Shown: positions 61,379 to 64,000 of the stretch, piece after piece | How the letters are laid out: each line of letters opens with the position of its first letter | How positions within the stretch are numbered: the first letter of the stretch is position 1 | Virus record (IMG/VR): IMGVR_UViG_3300017917_001342 | Span: 62,001-126,000 of that record | Reading direction: 5' to 3' (one strand) | DNA length: 64,000 nucleotides | Program-made: the position numbers and the translations under genes | Notes under the pieces: model-generated | Databases searched by the model: none | Seen by the model: only the letters and a program-made list of their open reading frames with translations | What the model was told of the DNA's origin: nothing

Positions 61379-61416
61379 CTCGAAGATCAGTGGTTCAAAT
61401 CCACTCCCCGCAACCA
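61341..61416 (+). tRNA. tRNA-Met(CAT), initiator-like, overlapping the nuclease 3' end
   Basis: TGCGGGG acceptor; TCGGG-CTCATAA-CTCGA; TTCAAAT T-loop; CCA end. Confidence 0.88.
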
Positions 61417-61460
61417 AAGAAAACTAGCGCAGGATGATGAATCCGTAAGACGCAAGCAAC

Positions 61461-61536
61461 ACGGTACTGCATAAGCGAGGCTTAAGCATAAATGCAGTTA
61501 AATCGCTAACGGGCAGCGGTTAGTAGAGCCAAACAC
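61461..61536 (+). ncRNA. Repeated RNA motif, copy 1
   Basis: CGGTACTG-stem-CAG(T/C)TAA(A/G)TC-GC-stem-GT-AGAGCCA(A/C)ACAC. Confidence 0.65.
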
Positions 61537-61576
61537 TTAATCTATTACGTTGCCGGGTTTCCGGCCATATTTAATC

Positions 61577-61641
61577 ACGGTACTGGCCTAGACCTAGGGC
61601 GCAGTTAAATCGCAGAGTGACGGATCTGTAGAGCCAAACAC
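61577..61641 (+). ncRNA. Repeated RNA motif, copy 2
   Basis: Same conserved junction sequences with different, still pairing stems. Confidence 0.65.
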
Positions 61642-61646
61642 ATTAT

Positions 61647-61726
61647 GGGGTCGTAGCTTAACACGACAAAAGCGGGGCGCTTGCGGCCCGAGATACGGGT
61701 ATGCGTTAGTCCCGTCGATTCCACCA
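61647..61726 (+). tRNA. Atypical tRNA-like gene with Ala identity (G3:U70, A73)
   Basis: GGGGTCG/CGATTCC-A-CCA; non-canonical anticodon loop GCTTGCG; 11-nt T loop. Confidence 0.5.
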
Positions 61727-61802
61727 AGTTAGCCGAAGCCCGCCGGCATAGAAAGCGTTTAAGGTTAAGTCCGATAACGTGGACAGTACGGGCACTACAT
61801 GT

Positions 61803-61878
61803 TCCTGGGTAGCTCAGTTGGTAGAGCGGCGAGCTGTTAACTCGTTGGTCGGGGGATCGTAACCCTCCTCAGGAGCCA
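61803..61878 (+). tRNA. tRNA-Asn(GTT)
   Basis: Cloverleaf; CT-GTT-AA loop; G73; CCA end. Confidence 0.9.
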
Positions 61879-61984
61879 AAATAATGCTATACATTCTGCG
61901 GTGTGTATGGCAGGGTAGGTGACGCAACGCTGTATAAAAATATAAGAACGAATACTTATAGCGGTGTCCCTACCTATAATATAC

Positions 61985-62076
61985 GGAGCGTTGGCTGAGA
62001 GGCTTAAAGCAGCGGTTTGCTAAACCGTCGAGGGTCGAAAGGCCCTCCACTGGTTCGAATCCAGTACGCTCCGCCA
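61985..62076 (+). tRNA. tRNA-Ser(GCT)
   Basis: Long variable arm; TT-GCT-AA loop; CCA end. Confidence 0.93.
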
Positions 62077-62152
62077 ATAAAGTTGTCATTAACCGGTTGA
62101 CACTGTAACCTAAACCATATAGTAATATGGCTGTAGCAAACGGAGAACTGCA

Positions 62153-62239
62153 ATGGATATGGACTTTGAAGACTATCTGAACTATGTTCGTCAACTGCTT
62201 GAGCAAGCCGAAGAAGACGGCTTTGAGATTGACGGATAA
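62153..62239 (+). CDS. Tiny acidic ORF (28 aa, MDMDFEDYLNYVRQLLEQAEEDGFEIDG)
   Basis: GGAG RBS; TTGACA promoter upstream. Confidence 0.45.
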   Translation: MDMDFEDYLNYVRQLLEQAEEDGFEIDG

Positions 62240-62246
62240 CTGACAC

Positions 62247-62309
62247 TCGGTACTGCTTGGCGGTTAAAGCAGCTAAGTCGCCTTTGTTCCTAGAGGTAGA
62301 GCCACACAC
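62247..62309 (+). ncRNA. Repeated RNA motif, copy 3
   Basis: CGGTACTGC...GCAGCTAAGTC-GCCTTT..AGAGGT-AGAGCCACACAC. Confidence 0.65.
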
Positions 62310-62314
62310 TTAAT

Positions 62315-62398
62315 GGGTCGTACCCCGCAAGGTGCGGGAGCGGACTGTAACTCCGTCGGGGAAACCCACGCTTGGTTCGATTCCAAGACGACCCACCA
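62315..62398 (+). tRNA. tRNA-Tyr(GTA)
   Basis: Cloverleaf with variable arm; CT-GTA-AC loop; CCA end. Confidence 0.92.
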
Positions 62399-62486
62399 AA
62401 TACTAGGTAAGGCCCAAGGTTGGATACACGGTTGTGTGAAGGTTTGGGAGAAGCAGCAGAGCGAGAGGATGGGGCTGCGTGCTGTA

Positions 62487-62765
62487 TTACTTTGCTTCTA
62501 ATGTATCGAGACGATGCTCTAACACTGCAATGGCTTGTGAATTAGCTGCAATTAGTTCTTTGAGGTCAGCTCTAAGCTTTTCTCGTTCTAATTCGCTGTT
62601 AACATTCATTGCCGGTTGATTGTCGTCTGTTACTACTACAGTGACTTTTGCTTTGAGATTGAGTATTTCTTCTTGCATGCTAATCATTGAGGATATAACG
62701 TAGATAACACCCGATGTTAGCACTGGCAGAAATGCAAATACTACTTTTTCTAAAATACTACTCAT
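62487..62765 (-). CDS. Small TM plus coiled-coil protein
   Basis: GGAG RBS; TAAATA promoter; antisense to the tRNA array. Confidence 0.7.
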   Translation of the reverse strand: MSSILEKVVFAFLPVLTSGVIYVISSMISMQEEILNLKAKVTVVVTDDNQPAMNVNSELEREKLRADLKELIAANSQAIAVLEHRLDTLEAK

Positions 62766-62801
62766 GCTATGCTCCAAATTGCATACATATTTAAAGATTT
62801 T

Positions 62802-62878
62802 TGTCCCTTAGCTCAGGTGGTTAGAGCGAAGAGCTGATAACTCTTAGGTCGGTGGTTCGAGTCCACCAGGGACAACCA
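62802..62878 (+). tRNA. tRNA-Ile(GAT)
   Basis: Cloverleaf; CT-GAT-AA loop; CCA end. Confidence 0.92.
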
Positions 62879-62887
62879 AACTAGGAG

Positions 62888-63097
62888 ATGTCAATGCCAC
62901 AATTTAACTGTGATAGAGAATGGTGGTCTACTTTAACCAAAGAAGAACAAGATCACTGGCTTGATTTTGCAGAAAGTTGTGGTGCGCCTAGAGAACCGTT
63001 TTTAGTTGATCGCAATCCGGATTATCCAGATTTGGTTTGCATGCCCTGTGTTACTGTTGATATAGACGATGACGAATTAATAGAATTACTCCCGTAG
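62888..63097 (+). CDS. Small acidic hypothetical protein; its stop codon overlaps tRNA-Glu
   Basis: AGGAG RBS; ORF track. Confidence 0.6.
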   Translation: MSMPQFNCDREWWSTLTKEEQDHWLDFAESCGAPREPFLVDRNPDYPDLVCMPCVTVDIDDDELIELLP

Positions 63098-63165
63098 GAC
63101 TACTCGGTGATGGTCGCTGGCCTTTCAAGTCGGAGAAATGGGTTCGAAACCCATACGGGGGACCA
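63089..63165 (+). tRNA. tRNA-Glu(TTC)
   Basis: CTCCCGT/ACGGGGG acceptor; CT-TTC-AA loop; TTCGAAA; CCA end. Confidence 0.82.
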
Positions 63166-63177
63166 AAATTACTATGT

Positions 63178-63335
63178 GCCTGCGATGGCGAAATTGGAGA
63201 GACGCACCGGCAGGTGAGGCCGGCGGGCTCTAAGGAGTAGCAGTGAGCGAATGGGAGTAGGTCCGGAACGAAACCGCTAGCAATAGAATGCGAAAGTTAC
63301 CCCACATGTAGGTTCAAATCCTACTCGCAGCACCA
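63178..63335 (+). ncRNA. tRNA-like RNA (158 nt) with ~80-nt expanded variable region and CCA end
   Basis: Leu-like D arm; CCGGC-AGGTGAG-GCCGG arm; GTAGG-TTCAAAT-CCTAC; CTGCGA/TCGCAG acceptor. Confidence 0.6.
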
Positions 63336-63342
63336 TTATTAT

Positions 63343-63440
63343 TGTCGTGTAACCTCTGTACGCTGTCGACATACGGGGGTATAGATAGGCTAGCGCAAGC
63401 CTGAAAGTGTATGTGGGTGCAACTCCTACCACGACAGCCA
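63343..63440 (+). ncRNA. tRNA-like RNA with a 9-bp D-position stem and CCA end
   Basis: TGTCGTG/CACGACA-G-CCA; T arm GTGGG-TGCAACT-CCTAC. Confidence 0.55.
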
Positions 63441-63456
63441 AACAAAAGGTTCGAGA

Positions 63457-63621
63457 ATGAATGAAGAATTATTAAAACAAGCAGAAATTGCATTGGGATC
63501 GTCATTCCGTCTTATGGAACAATATTACTTCTTAAAAAAACGCGGCTGGCATTGTTATTGGAATCTAGATACTGCTATTGCGCATGCAGCAAAAAATGTT
63601 AAATCATTGATTTGGTGTTAA
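63457..63621 (+). CDS. Small hypothetical protein (54 aa, MNEELLKQAEIALG...)
   Basis: Manual translation. Confidence 0.45.
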   Translation: MNEELLKQAEIALGSSFRLMEQYYFLKKRGWHCYWNLDTAIAHAAKNVKSLIWC

Positions 63622-63631
63622 TACCAATCAT

Positions 63632-63707
63632 CCCTAGGTAGCTCAGTTGGTAGAGCACGTGCCTGAAGAGCATGGTGTCGGCGGTTCGATCCCGTCCCTA
63701 GGGGCCA
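63632..63707 (+). tRNA. tRNA-Phe(GAA)
   Basis: Cloverleaf; CT-GAA-GA loop; CCA end. Confidence 0.88.
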
Positions 63708-63820
63708 TTAGATCAAGTCTAGCTGATCTCGAAATAAGCTAGACCCGCTCCTGCAAGAGGATATACAGTTGTTCGAGCGACTGTATGTGGGATCGTTCCC
63801 CACCAGGAGTATCAAATATC

Positions 63821-63903
63821 GCGGGCGTGGTGGAATGGTAGACACAGGAGACTTAAAATCTCCCGCTTGATGCATGTCGGTTCGAGTCCGACCGCCCGCA
63901 CCA
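63821..63903 (+). tRNA. tRNA-Leu(TAA)
   Basis: Cloverleaf with variable arm; CT-TAA-AA loop; CCA end. Confidence 0.92.
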
Positions 63904-63948
63904 AAATATAAGGTACGATAAATACTCACATAATTGGGAGTATTGGTT

Positions 63949-64000
63949 ATGCCTAGTAGAGAATTGCCGTGGATAGCAGAAGGTAAAACTGTTTTTGGTT
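63949..64000 (+). CDS. 5' end of a late gene (MPSRELPWIAEGKTVFG...), possibly TIGR02594-like
   Basis: ATAAATA promoter; GGAG RBS; truncated by the window end. Confidence 0.45.
   Translation, partial: MPSRELPWIAEGKTVFG

Noticed and set aside
60789-61416. Group I intron in tRNA-fMet
   Set aside because: There is no room for an intron core around the ORF, the spliced anticodon stem would not pair, and a complete tRNA exists downstream.
61430-61460. Hammerhead-like ATGATGA...hairpin
   Set aside because: It lacks the exact CTGATGA and GAAA core and the flanking stems.
57631-63929. Short ORFs overlapping tRNAs (e.g. 57631-57885, 59657-59903, 61970-62309, 62313-62501, 63314-63505, 63708-63929)
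   Set aside because: Spurious translations of tRNA or ncRNA sequence.

Overview
This window is 64 kb of a large (jumbo, T4-superfamily-like) dsDNA phage genome that uses genetic code 11. The host is probably an alphaproteobacterium (inferred from the RpoD, FdxA and SLT types, the hemO-bilin reductase cassette and TTGACA-N14-TGCTA promoters). From left to right it holds: (1) a late operon of putative head-packaged proteins, including three tandem T7 gp0.7-like protein kinases; (2) early genes (deaminase, Rnl1 RNA ligase, lytic transglycosylase, PTH2-like protein, ATP-dependent DNA ligase); (3) a ~355-nt candidate structured RNA, a vWA gene pair, heme oxygenase plus bilin reductase, and a spanin/holin cassette; (4) a ~19-kb biosynthetic island with ten radical-SAM genes, a carbamoyltransferase, a nucleotide-sugar dehydrogenase and GT-like/SGNH-like genes; (5) RpoD, SOD, an exonuclease, a ferredoxin, two tail fibres and a GH19 hydrolase; (6) a 6.3-kb tRNA/ncRNA array. 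The most notable observation is an amber (CUA) suppressor-type tRNA directly upstream of a gene with a strong RBS whose third codon is TAG. Also notable: a TAG-ended leader peptide plus terminator ahead of the tRNA array, a three-copy covarying RNA motif, several tRNA-scaffold ncRNAs, a GIY-YIG nuclease whose 3' end overlaps a replacement tRNA-fMet, a shared C-terminal WPE module, and an A_AAA_AAC -1 frameshift candidate. All calls come from reading motifs by eye; no database searches were run.
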